Assembly: GCA_016618085.1 (NCBI GenBank) | Contig: JABLTG010000117.1 | Span: forward strand, 1 to 64,000 | DNA from: Neovahlkampfia damariscottae | Taxonomy: Eukaryota | Direction of reading: 5' to 3' | Length of the DNA: 64,000 nt | Shown: piece after piece, positions 34,197-46,700 of the stretch | Position numbering within the stretch: position 1 is the first letter of the stretch | Layout of the letters: each line of letters starts with the position of its first letter | Made by a program: the position numbers and the translations under genes | The notes under the pieces: model-generated | The model's input: the letters and a program-made list of their open reading frames with translations, nothing else | Told to the model about the DNA's origin: nothing | Database searches by the model: none

Positions 34197-35093
34197 TTAT
34201 TCAATAAATTCAACATCAATAACACATCTTGATGAAAAAATATCAATTGAAGGAAGTAAATTCTCAGATAATCCCGTAAATGCCTTTCCATATGAAATAC
34301 CATTTAAAATATAACTTAATTCACCATTTTCCAAAGATACTACTGCATTTCTGAAACCTCTTCCGTAATTGGCATTCAAGTTCATTGTTGAACATTTTAC
34401 ACCAGAATTTGTGTAAGCAAAATAACCTTTGGTGATATTTTTACCATTTGGATCAATATACTTTTTGTCAACAAACCCGATCATAGCAAGGTCAAAACCA
34501 CTAACAACTGTGATTTTCCATTTTTTAGCTGGCAAAAAAGTAACATTCGCATTCCAATTGGATGAATCAAATTTAGTAATTCTAAATTTACTTTCTGATA
34601 ATCTTTTACAGTTTAAAAGGTTTCCAATTGAGAACACTTCAAATTTTGGATTCTCCAAAATCTCTTTCAAACTATTGATGCAATAGAAATCAACTTCAGT
34701 TTTGAATTCTTTAATTTGTTGTTCTGACAATCCACCAAAATATATTTCTTTCTCAGGAGCTCTTAAATAGTCCAAAATAATGTCAAAATACATTGGATTT
34801 CTGTCAATAAAATATTCTCCATCTTTATCAGGACCCAAGTCAAATTGTTCACTAAACATGCCTGAAAAATAAGTTTCTTTTTCATGAGTCAATGTTTCTA
34901 ATGAAGTTGTGAACACTCTTCCTCCAATATTGAGTTTTATTTTGTTGTGAATATTTTTTTTTTTTTCTTTTTTTGCTTCACTGATTATTTCATTCAGTTC
35001 TTCTTTTTTTTTTAATATTTCTGCGTACTCTATTTTGATTTTTTCAAGAAGAGTTTCCACTTCGGCTTCAATGGATTTGTTAATGTTGCTCAT
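34197..35093 (-). CDS. KCTD-type BTB protein with C-terminal beta domain (SPRY-like), paralogue 1
   Basis: IKLNIGGRVFTTSLETL..YFIDRNP.YF.IILDYLR. Confidence 0.85.
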   Translation of the reverse strand: MSNINKSIEAEVETLLEKIKIEYAEILKKKEELNEIISEAKKEKKKNIHNKIKLNIGGRVFTTSLETLTHEKETYFSGMFSEQFDLGPDKDGEYFIDRNPMYFDIILDYLRAPEKEIYFGGLSEQQIKEFKTEVDFYCINSLKEILENPKFEVFSIGNLLNCKRLSESKFRITKFDSSNWNANVTFLPAKKWKITVVSGFDLAMIGFVDKKYIDPNGKNITKGYFAYTNSGVKCSTMNLNANYGRGFRNAVVSLENGELSYILNGISYGKAFTGLSENLLPSIDIFSSRCVIDVEFIE

Positions 35094-35169
35094 GCGATAT
35101 CATGAAAATTGATTGGTGAATTGGAAATGTTGCCTGAAAGATCAAAAATACAATTCTATATCACAAAAT

Positions 35170-36075
35170 TTATTCAATAAATTCGACATCAAAAACACAA
35201 TTTGCATTTAAAACATCAAAAGAAGGAAGAAGCTCATTATCAATTCCTTGATATGCATTTCCATAAGATTTTCCATTTACCACGCAATGTAAATTTCCAT
35301 TATCAAATTCCATAATTACAAAATCATTTTCCGATCTGAATCCTTTGGCAAATCCAGAATAATCACCATTCTTCGACTGTTTATATCCATAATCGGAATC
35401 AACATAAAATCCAGAAGTCTTGAAATTTTCACTGTTTATTCTAACCGTATTTCTATCTACAACACCAGCCATAATACCATTACAACAGTATACAGAAGTC
35501 ATTTTCCATTTTTTACAAGCAGAAAACACAATACTTGCATTCCAACCATTCAAATTGGTTTTGGTTATTCTAAATTTGGTTGGTGATAACTGTTGAGCTG
35601 ATAAATGAATTCCTATATCTAAAATTTCAATTTTTGATTTCAATGTTTCAATGCCATAAAAATCAACTTCATACTGAAAATCCTTTAATTGTCTTGCATT
35701 GAAATGAGTGAAATCAACGTGTTTTTCTGGATATCTAAGATGATTCAAAATGATTTCAAAATAAGTTGGGTCTCTATCAATAAAATATTCACCTTCGTCG
35801 TCTGGGTGTGAGTTAAATTGGCCAGAGAACATCGCTGAAAAGAAATTTCCTTTTTTTTGTGTCAATGTTTCTAAACTGGTCATAAAGCGTTTTCCTCCAA
35901 TGTTAAGGATAATTTTGTGCTTTGCACTGGCAGAAATTTTTTCAAATTTGAATTTTATCTGTTCGTATTCAAAAACTTGTTGTTCAAGGTTTTGTTTTGT
36001 AAGTTCTAAGTCGGCCACATCGATTTGCATTTGTTTGAGTGTTGTTGAAGTATTTTCAAGCGCTGTAGTATCCAT
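35170..36075 (-). CDS. KCTD-type BTB protein, paralogue 2
   Basis: LNIGGKRFMTSLETL..YFIDRDPTYF; its C-terminus (CVFDVEFIE) matches paralogue 1. First ATG at 36075. Confidence 0.85.
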   Translation of the reverse strand: MDTTALENTSTTLKQMQIDVADLELTKQNLEQQVFEYEQIKFKFEKISASAKHKIILNIGGKRFMTSLETLTQKKGNFFSAMFSGQFNSHPDDEGEYFIDRDPTYFEIILNHLRYPEKHVDFTHFNARQLKDFQYEVDFYGIETLKSKIEILDIGIHLSAQQLSPTKFRITKTNLNGWNASIVFSACKKWKMTSVYCCNGIMAGVVDRNTVRINSENFKTSGFYVDSDYGYKQSKNGDYSGFAKGFRSENDFVIMEFDNGNLHCVVNGKSYGNAYQGIDNELLPSFDVLNANCVFDVEFIE

Positions 36076-36327
36076 AGGCAGTGTTATTTGTTCGTCGGAG
36101 TTAGTATAACTTGATTGGATTGAACTATTTATCCGAAACAAGGTGAAAAAGTTTTCTGTTCTGCTCTAGAATTGGAAAAAAAACAACCGAATCTGGCCAT
36201 ATGAATTTCTAATTAAGAAGAAACACAAACCCAGAATATAATCTTCAAATTTTTGGTAAAATTCCAAATCCAGTTTTTACATCAATTCAAAATCGAAAAT
36301 TAGGAAGAAATGCACAAACTCCACTAT

Positions 36328-36994
36328 TTATTCATTTTTAAAAATTAAGATGAAATTATTAGCTGGCATTGATACTCTTTCAACAAATTTCAGTCCATTT
36401 TTTTCAGCTTCTTTCACAACATCTTCAAAATTTCGAATTCCAAAATTTGAATCTTTTTTTTTCAACCAACTGTCAAATTCTTCATTTCCTTTTGACGTAT
36501 ATTTACCATCTACATTATAAGGTCCATATAAAAACAAGTAACCAACAAGATAATTTTTACAAAGTTTCATCAAACCTTCACACGTTGCCCAAGGAGAAAC
36601 TAAAAAAAAAAAACACTTTTTTAAAGAAACAAAGTGACTTACTATGTACCATATTCGCATTGTAAATATAATTAAACTTTAAATTTTGGAGCTCTGTTGG
36701 TAATTCTTGAGTAATATCAAAAAATAATGGTTGTTGGACGTTTGAAAGTTCTTTGGTGTATTCTTTGATGCTTTTTTATTTCAGTTTTTTATTTTTTTTT
36801 ATTTACCTTGGAAGGTTTTCTTTGTCATATTCTGTTGGGTAAAAAATTACATCTTTGAAATTTGGTGCAAAATGTGAAATGTGTTGCCCTGTTCCACTGG
36901 ATATTTCAAGAAAGTTTCCAGATTTGACATTTTTTAGTAGTACTTCTAATACTGGAGCTTTATTTCGGTCAGCATATTCAGCAAATTTTTTCAT
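36328..36994 (-). CDS. METTL26: DUF938 / METTL26-like methyltransferase, 3 exons
   Basis: ADRNKAPVLEVL, LEISSGTGQH, NMVHISPW, LYGPY..G..TS..N..FD..L and MPANN. Confidence 0.85.
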
Positions 36995-37280
36995 GATTGA
37001 AGGTGTTGGATGAAATCAACACTTTGGAATGAGTAACATTTTTTTGATTGGTTCAAATTTTATTTTCAACCAAACTCACACCAACACTGAACAGGTGTAG
37101 AAGTTATTTCTTTCAAATCCTCAGAACTCCAAAAAATTACTAATCTCTCACAATGATTCATTTCAGATGATTTACAAAGAGTAAATTCAGTTCAAAAATG
37201 AAAATATTGAGTACCTGCATTTTCAAGCTTCAAATAATTCTTGATGGATAAATTGAACAAATGAACGATTGTACAAAAAA

Positions 37281-37331
37281 TATAATTGCTAAAATATTGC
37301 TTGATACAATGATAGCAAATGAAACTATTTC
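37281..37331 (+). repeat. 51-nt exact copy of 38172-38222
   Basis: TATAATTGCTAAAATATTGCTTGATACAATGATAGCAAATGAAACTATTTC occurs at both sites. Confidence 0.95.
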
Positions 37332-37787
37332 CAATAAAAATTAAATACAATGGTGAAGAAATAAAACCAACAAGTATTTATTTCATTAAAAGATAATGAA
37401 GAAAACAGAATATTATCAGATTGTGAATTAAGAATTACTTATGGTGTAAATTTAATCAAGCTTCAGTTACTTGGATTATATGATACATCTTCTGTCTTTG
37501 AATATTTATAAAACAGAAACAACATAAATTTACACTTCAATGAAAATATAAAAATATTATGAAGAGATTTTTTTGAAATATTGTTTCTGTTTTTCACACT
37601 CAATGAAATTGGATTTTTATGGGAACTTAAACGTGCATATTAAGAATTGAATGTAAATGAAGAGCTTTTGACGAAAAAATTATTAATTTCCTTTATCCAA
37701 CCATTTGCTATCGGAAAAAGTTTTTTTGATTTTTTTTACCATTTGGAGCTGTTTAATATTGACAATCAAAAGGAAAATAAAAATTTA

Positions 37788-40700
37788 TTAGATTAATAAC
37801 TCTTCTTCAGTTATTCCTTTAACTTGATTCAATTGAATATTTCTAATAACAGTAGGTTTACGTTTCGTTGGAACAACTTCTTCAACTGCATTTTTTGCTT
37901 TGATCAATTTCTTTCCAACTCTTTTTCCTTTTCTAATGATCAAATATCCTTTTCTTTGAAATCTTTTAAAAGATAATAAATTCTCAAAAATTTGATTCAT
38001 TGTCAATTTTGAATCTTCTTCAGAACTCACATCCCATTTTCTCCAATTGTAGTGAAAATCATATTCTTTTTCTTTAGGTGTTTTGAATGAAAGATTCTTT
38101 GTGTCTCGTTTTTCTTTCTTTGCTCTTTTTCCAATATTTTTTCTTCTGGTGTAAATATCCCAAAAGGTCATTATAATTGCTAAAATATTGCTTGATACAA
38201 TGATAGCAAATGAAACTATTTCAATGAAAATTCGAATTCCGTTTGTTTGAAATCTTGAACTCAAGAACAACAAACCAAAGAATAAAGTCATTAAAGTTGC
38301 AATCAACATAATGTATTCCATGATATTGCTTTAGAAAAATATTAAAAAAAAAATTCAATTTCCTACTGGAATTTTCTTTTGAATGGAACAAAATTTAAGT
38401 GTGAAATAAGTGCAATGAAAATAATACCTAATGACAAAGTGATTACAAAAATAGGTTGGAAGAAAATATTCAAAATTGAAATCATCATTAAACGAAGTGT
38501 TTCAACAATCTTCCAATAAAAGAATTTGTTCTTAAATCTCAATAAAACGAATCTAAATCTCAATTGAAACATTTCATCATTTTTGTTTCTGTTTCTTTGA
38601 ACAACCATCAAAGCAAAGTACAATAGAATGCCAAAACCAAAAACCAAATACCAAAGAACAGCCAATGGAAATAAAAACCACCAACCACCTTGAAAACAAA
38701 ATATATCAGCAGATTCATTCAATGTATAAGATCCATTCTTTTGATAAGTGCAAACAAATATTTCACTGGCTGTCGTCATCATGAAAATATAAAGAAAACT
38801 AATATAAGCACTTAATGTATTCAATAATCTGTTGAAGAGAATTTTGAAATCTCTTCTGGTTGAAACATGTCTTGGTGTCCATACTAATAAATTATAAATC
38901 CAAACAAATTGTCTGACAATCCAAGTCCAAGCTATTTTCCAACGATTCATCATTGGAAGATATCTTGGTGGATGCATATAAGAAATTTTCAATGTTTTCA
39001 TAATTCTATTCCCAATAAACCTTGCAAATAAAGATCGAAATTCAGCAAAGATATAAATCCAACTGAAAACAATAATTAATAAAATTGGTAATATCATTTT
39101 CATGATCCAAATTGGAACAAAAGAAACACCTCTGAATAAACAAGCAGTAGCAAGAAAATCAAAATTAAAATTTGAAGTTGAAGCAGCAGTTAATGTTGTA
39201 TTAATTGTCCAAGGCCAATCAATATCATATTTTGAAATGATTGATAAAACTTGCCAAAATGACATTGTGATACTTACAGAAGTTAATAATGAAGGATAAT
39301 AAGTTGAAGTAATGAACAAGAATATAACAAGCACAAAAATGACAATGATCAAAATAAACAATTTGAGAAGAGTTGAAAACATTCCTTCACAAGCATAACA
39401 AATATTTTTTGATTTGTAATAATTCACTTTGCAATATCCACATCTAATTCCAGTGTATTTCTCTGTACAATTATTTTGATCTCCTCCACCACATGATTCT
39501 CTTGGATTACATGAATAAAATGAATTAATATCATTTTTCGAAAACCAATAACCATATTTTGCAACTGGAACAGACAGATTTTTTTCAGCACAGATCCCTC
39601 CAACAGGACATTGCAAACAATCTTTTGGATTCGATGGATTGATGTAGTAACCAATATCACAAACACAATCATCACGTGATGGACTTCTTAAAGCAGAAAC
39701 AGTTCTTTCTGGACACGATATACAAGACAAACTTCCAGTTGAATTTTGATATGTATTTATAGGACATGATTGACATGCATATAAACCACTTGTTAATTTA
39801 TAAGTACCCTTTGGGCATGGATAACAGTTTGAAGAGTAATTATCTGCAGTTTCTCCAACACCACAAGGAATAAAAGTGAAATTCAATTCATTATTCGAAA
39901 TCCAATCAATGTTGTTGTATCCAATGTAAAATGGGAATGTTCCTGTTGGATATGAATTGATATGACAACTAATGAAGGAAGAGTTGATTTTTTTGCAAGG
40001 CACATCACAATTGATGTTTCCAAATTTACAAAAGACAGTATTTTCATTTAAACCATCAACAAAGACTCCCAAGTCATACCCTCCAATTGTGGCACCTTCT
40101 GAAAATGTGAATCTTGTTGGCATTGGATTCTCATAGATTTTAACTAAGAATCCGTTTGATGTGTCATTGAAAACATTCAACACATATACAGTGATATTTT
40201 TGATTGAACCTTGAAGGAAACTATCTGTGGTGATATTACATCCAATGATATCTGATACTTCTGTTTTTGTGACATTGGATTCAAATAAGATTTTATCTCC
40301 AGACTTAATTTGACATCTATCTACGTATTCAAAACCAATTCCTTGAATTGATAAAAACTGTGATGTTTTCGGAATGATTGAAGGATTGATTTGAAATAAA
40401 AATAGAGTTGTGTATTTGTCAAGATAAAGCAATTCTCTTTGAATAAAATCATATTCATTATTGAATGAAATTCCAAATTGAAATGATACAGGATATTTCA
40501 AAGATTCTGTGATATTGAATATTTCAATTGAAGGAAGATCAAATTCAATCAAATTTGAAGAAATAAATCTGTAAGGGTTATTTAATCCTCTCCAAATCAT
40601 TGTAGCTAATTGACTTTGAACTTTGAAAATTGGTTTTTGATTTACATCATCAAAAAAGTTACTTCCTATTAAATGCAGTTTTGAATTCCTAAACGAAAAG

Positions 40701-43700
40701 CCTGTTGAGTCCTTCAATAATGAATTTTGATTCTTAATGATTTCTAGAATTGGGTTTGGGATAACATTCATTGTTTTGATGAAATGATAATACTTTCCAT
40801 CATTGAAACTGATGCTGATGTCAACTGTTGTAATGTTATCTGCAATTTTTGGAATTGATATTTTAATTTCTCTATCATTATTTACATCAGTACTCGCTGT
40901 CAAATTCGATGAAATGGAAGAACCGAATACAGCAGAGGTATACTTAATCAACAGCGTTATTGAATTATCCATCAAGAATTTTGATCCTTTAATTGAAATT
41001 GGTGATTTCATTTCTTGATAGAGTGTTGCCGGTAAAACATCAGTAAATGTTGGAATTTCATAAACAATAAATTTGTTTCCAACTAAATTTGCAATATCCG
41101 TTCCAATCAACACCACCAATTCATACGAACCTGTTTTAATAGATCCCAATGACAATGGTTTGCAGAATTTCCGAAATTCATCACAATTCAAATGAATGGT
41201 GGAACTATCTGAAATCAATCTTAGAGAGACATTATTTGACTGAATAGGTGGTAAATCAATCAGTTCAAGTGAAAAATCTAAACCTTCAGGTACCTTTGAC
41301 GGTAAAAACGAAATCATTTCAACAGATGTCATTGAAAGTGATAAATTTGTGTCATGATAAAACACTCCATTATCAATTGAAACAGCTATTTTGATAGATA
41401 CTTGTGCTGAGTTCAAAGTTGTTAAATAGTAAGAAGGAGACTTTCCAATGATGTGAGTTTCGTTCCAACAAATTGCATCAACAACTTCTTCAATATTTCT
41501 GATATTTGAATATTTAATTTTCACTTGTGCCGCAGTTTTTGAAAAATTTCCAACAAGATACACATTTTCCATTGAATAAGGAGAAACTTCATTTGGAAGA
41601 ACTCTAAAATAAGAATATGAATTATCTAACAAAAATTAAAAAAAAAATTAAATTTACCGTCATAAAGTTGAAGTGTTTTACCACTATCTGAATCCCCAGC
41701 AAATTTTATAGAGAAATAAACTCTCATAGATTTTCCTTTTGAAAAAGATGGAGATAAACATGATAGAATATTTCCTGGCTTTACATCACATGTTTCTTGT
41801 TCATTTTCTCCAAAATCATTCACATATTTCACATAAATTGGTTCTCTTTGATTCAATAATTCTTTAATTTTAAAGTGCAACACACTTTTTGAATTCAATC
41901 TTACCCAAGTGGATGGTGAAATTGATTCAACTGTTATTTCTAAGAAAATGTTAATTTTTTAAAAGAACAAACGATAAAATGTGAATTGAGGTAAAAATGA
42001 TATTGATCTGATAGAATTAATGTACAGATTTAATTTAATTCTTTTTTCAACAACATCCCAAGTCTTGTAGTATTTTGAAATATCAATCATTGTGAAGACA
42101 AATCCACCATCAATAAAAGTTGATTCTTTAATTGGATATTCTTGATTTCTATCTTCTAGTTTCAATGATAATTTATAATCAGAATAAGTTGAAGTTGGAA
42201 GTTGATTGAAATAATTAATTTTACCAATTTCATAACCTCCTTTGTTCGATGCATAAAATATAGGCAAATCAAAAGGTTTCTCAAATACGTAAATCGTACT
42301 CGAATTTGTTGTTATTAACTTGGTCCCATCAACAGTTTCCACAGATAAACTGATCTTGTAATTTTTGTTTTTGATACCAAAACTATTGAATGTACAAATG
42401 AAATGTGAACTTTGATTCAAATTTGGTTGGAATTCATTTGATTGAACATCAAATGTTGCTGGTACTGCAATAGACAACGATCCTTGAGTAATGTTACATA
42501 TATATTGATAAGCACTTGAATTCAATGACAAGAAAGTGTTTCCAATTAATCTCAGTGGATAATTCAATCTTTCATTATATGAAATATAATGAGGTTTCAT
42601 ATGTTGAAATTGGGTCTCTCTTTTGTAGAACAAGTGATCAATTATAACATCCAATCGTTGAAGAGTGTATTTATGAATAACTGTCAACACAAAATTCAAT
42701 TTTGTTGGGACATATTTCAATGAATTCAAGTATGATTCAGGTAAATTGCAATTCACTTTCGTTCCGAGAACAAAATTGCATGAAATTGAAGTTTCCTTTT
42801 CCAAAGGAACATCTGAAACCATTTTCATTTCAAATTCGAAATATCTTCTGAGAGGAACATTGAAATTGAGTTCTGCACGAAGACTATTCTTATCAACTAC
42901 TTTTTTGGAGTTCCAACTGATTTCATCTTTGATAAACAAGAAACTTTGATTATTTGAACTAAATAAAAAAAATAAGGATGAAGAAGAGTTCATGAACAAT
43001 TCAACATCAACAATTTCAACTAAATTCGAAAAATTCGTTTTCTCAATGTCACATTTGATATCTCTCTTGCTATCATTTGAAAACTCTGCTTTTGAAAACC
43101 CTGTTCCCTCTGAGGAAGTATATTTACAATATCCATTTTTAATAGTGATTAAATCATCCTTCAATTTCAAATTGACAGTTCTCTTAATATGTGTACTTGT
43201 AGTGAAAGTTTCTGCATGAGAAGAAATAGACAATAATTCAATTTGATTCAAGAAATAAAAGACTTCAGTGTTCTTTGAAAATATAAGTGAAGTTCCTTTA
43301 AGTGTTGATTGAATTGCAATAGTCACATTCAAAGAATAACTTCCAGGGAGAATTTTGTCCAAATTGCATGAAAAAACTCCATTGATCAAAGTTGCATCAG
43401 AAACTATACTCCCAGCAACACATTTGAAAGCAACAGAAGACCCATAAATATTTGTGTATTGAGAGCTCAATTGAATCGGTTGATTTGCAGATATCGATGA
43501 AAATGGAAGAATTGATTCAATTGTTATTCCATCAATAAATATAAAATTGATTTCATTAATTGACAACAAAATTTCATTCCCAAAAGCATTTTGATTAACA
43601 TAGTAGATTGATAGTTTTGAAATCTGAGCTATTGATGATTCAATTTCACATATGAATTCATCTGACGATATCATCCTAGTAAGAACGAAATCTGTATCCA

Positions 43701-46700
43701 TTTTGCATTGAACTGATTTTTTCTCTTCATCTGAAAGATATAATTTTCCAACATCTGTGAACTTGATTGTAACATTCCTCTTGGAATTAATTTTGAATAA
43801 GTTTGTTTCAGATGTCAATTCAATCTCTGATTTTCCAGTGAATGTTAAATTTTGTTTGGAACTGATTGCAAACATTGATCTAAATTCAACACTGTAAATA
43901 TTATAATAGAAAAGTTGAAATTCAAATATTCCAGATTGTTCATTTTCAAAAAGGGAAATCATTTTTGTCAATTGATCTTTTCCTGAAATTGTACCAAGGT
44001 TAATATCCTTCCTTTCATTTGTATCGGGTGAAAAAACTAAAAATAAACCACCTGTTTGAATTGTAACTTTTTTGTTGATTGTAAAATTGAACAGAAAATT
44101 CAAAGATGTTGATGAAACAACCCTTGGATGAAAATCTTTCACTTCTCTATTGTCATAATAGATAAAAGGAACTGACAAATTTTTGGAAATTAAAGTGAAT
44201 TTCAATGGATAAGAGTCAAATATTGATACATCTTGATTTGAAACAACAGGTGCTTTGCAACTTAATGATGTGTTGATTTTTTCACAAATAAATTCATATT
44301 TCCCATCAAGAGAAGGATCTATAAATGTAATATTTGTTTTTGAATCTGTGTATTCTACGATTGTCACATTTTCTCCACCTGTTAGTTTCCCAATGGAAGG
44401 AGTGAAGAAGTTAGAATCAATTACCAACAAAGGTTCATCTACAACTGTTATTTTTCTTTCAGATCCATCCACGTTCATCCAAATGCTAATAAATAATTTT
44501 GCTTCCTCTGAATATAAAATATTGCAACCAAAATTTCCAATATTCGCATCCAATGTTGCGGATGTATTATAAGCATAAACACTTTCATTTGTTCCATACT
44601 TACAAGAAAATGAAACATTTTTTCCATAATCAATGTTAGTTGGGAAAGTAGTTGAAATTGTCACTTCTGTGCTTCTGTTTAGAATAATTGCAGTTGGGGC
44701 TAATCCAGTAATTAACGAAGGGGTTGCAAATACTAAATCAACAGTGTTGTTTGATAATTGAAATTGATAATCTTTTTCTTTATACCACAATGACAATTTT
44801 TTTTTTCCTCCTACTGGTGTAGAAACTAAAGAATTGAAAATAAAACTGTCTCCATTGGTAGAAGATAAATTTGTTGATGAACTAAAACCAGAAGAGTCTG
44901 ATAGTTTAGTGATCATATATTTTGTCAAATTAGCAGGGATGAATGTTGAAATCAATATTTTTAAATTGGTTGGACTCGATGTGTAGTAAAACTTCAATTG
45001 GTTTGAATCAGCAAAACTAATTTCATTTGTTGTCAAATAATGAAAGTTGGCATTTGATTTCTGATTTGTGATGTAGATTTTTTTATTTCCAGCATATTCA
45101 GGAGCAATGAAATATGATTGAAATTGGATTATTTTGGTAAAATGATCTTCATATGATACTGGACAAATTAAACTGGATTCATCTTTTTTTGATCCCACAG
45201 ATGAATTCCCAAATTCACAAAAGAATTGGAGATTCGATATACCAAAACTCTTCATTGTTCTTTCTCCAAAAGTTAAAGTGATGTTGACTTTATCACCAAC
45301 AAGTGCTGCAAGAGGAAATACTGTTGATATTTCACTATTCTTGTATATCACAAGGCCTTGATTAAGTGAAACTAAATCATCAACAAAAGATCCTACGCTA
45401 TACTTTAACTTAAATTTTGTCATGAATATATCATTTTGGGAATTCAATAACAATGATGTTTTCATACAATTCAACGATTGATTTTGGACTAAACAACTAA
45501 ATGATTGTCCATGCTCTGATATCAAATAAAACATATAGTCCACATATTTCTCTGGAATTTGGAAGGTAAATGAGTCACCTTTGATGATTTCCAATGTTTC
45601 TTTTTTTGGAATAGTCGAAAATTCTGGTGATAGTTTCAAACTGACAGCTTGAATGATAGATTCTTCTGTTGAAATTACTGAATTCATTCCTTCAATTGAA
45701 CTATTACCCAGAATTATTGATATTGTCACATTTTCTTCCATTTCACGAGTCAAAAATCCGCATTTGAAAATATTCAATTCTTGAGAATCGCGTTCTATTG
45801 GTTTCATTTCATCAAAAATTTTGCAGTAGAATGAAAATCCATCGTTTAACTTCTTATCAAGAGTGAATGAAATGTTTGCTAAAGAATTCTGGTGTGCTGA
45901 AACATCAACAATAAATGGTAGTTCTGAAACAAAGGAAATATTTTCTCTGAAATAATTTGAAGTAATGGCAAACACTTCTTTTTCCATTCCATTGTTTCTT
46001 GATACTTCTAATTCATAATTGAGTTGCATTGGAGTATGACTCAATGAGATATTGTTTATTTGACAATTTGGAATCAATTTGTCAAAATTACATGAAATAT
46101 ATCTTTCTGGATTTTCAGCAACATACTGTGGTTTTAATTTGACTTTATAATTATCAAAACTAACGAAATATCTGCCATTTGCCAATCCATTTTCAAAGTT
46201 CAATTCAAATTCTTGATTTAATGATTCTTGTGTGATAGTTTTAGGTATATTGAAATGAACAGGTTCTTTTAAAAAGACATATGTCATATTGTGTTCAGAT
46301 AATATGAAATTTTGATATTGGTTATTTGAAACTTGCATAAACAACTCAATGATCACAAATTCAGCATTTTCTGTTAAATTTAAAATTTCAATGGAGCATG
46401 AAATAGTCGTAAGTGAGCCTTCTAACAATGTTGCATCTGAATATTTTGTTACTCCTTTATGATTGTATTTGCATTTCAAACCATAATCAGTGAGGAAATT
46501 CTGTTTAATTTTAATGTTTAAAGTTGAATTTTTCTCTTCATTTTCAAAAGAAAATCTATCAATAAAAGGAGTTATACTTTCGAGATTGACAGAATCAACA
46601 AATACATAATCAACTGAATTACCACTTACTTGAATAGATTCTCCTGTTGTTAAATAAACAACATGAATTGAGATTTGGATTCTTTTGCTTTCAGTTCCAA

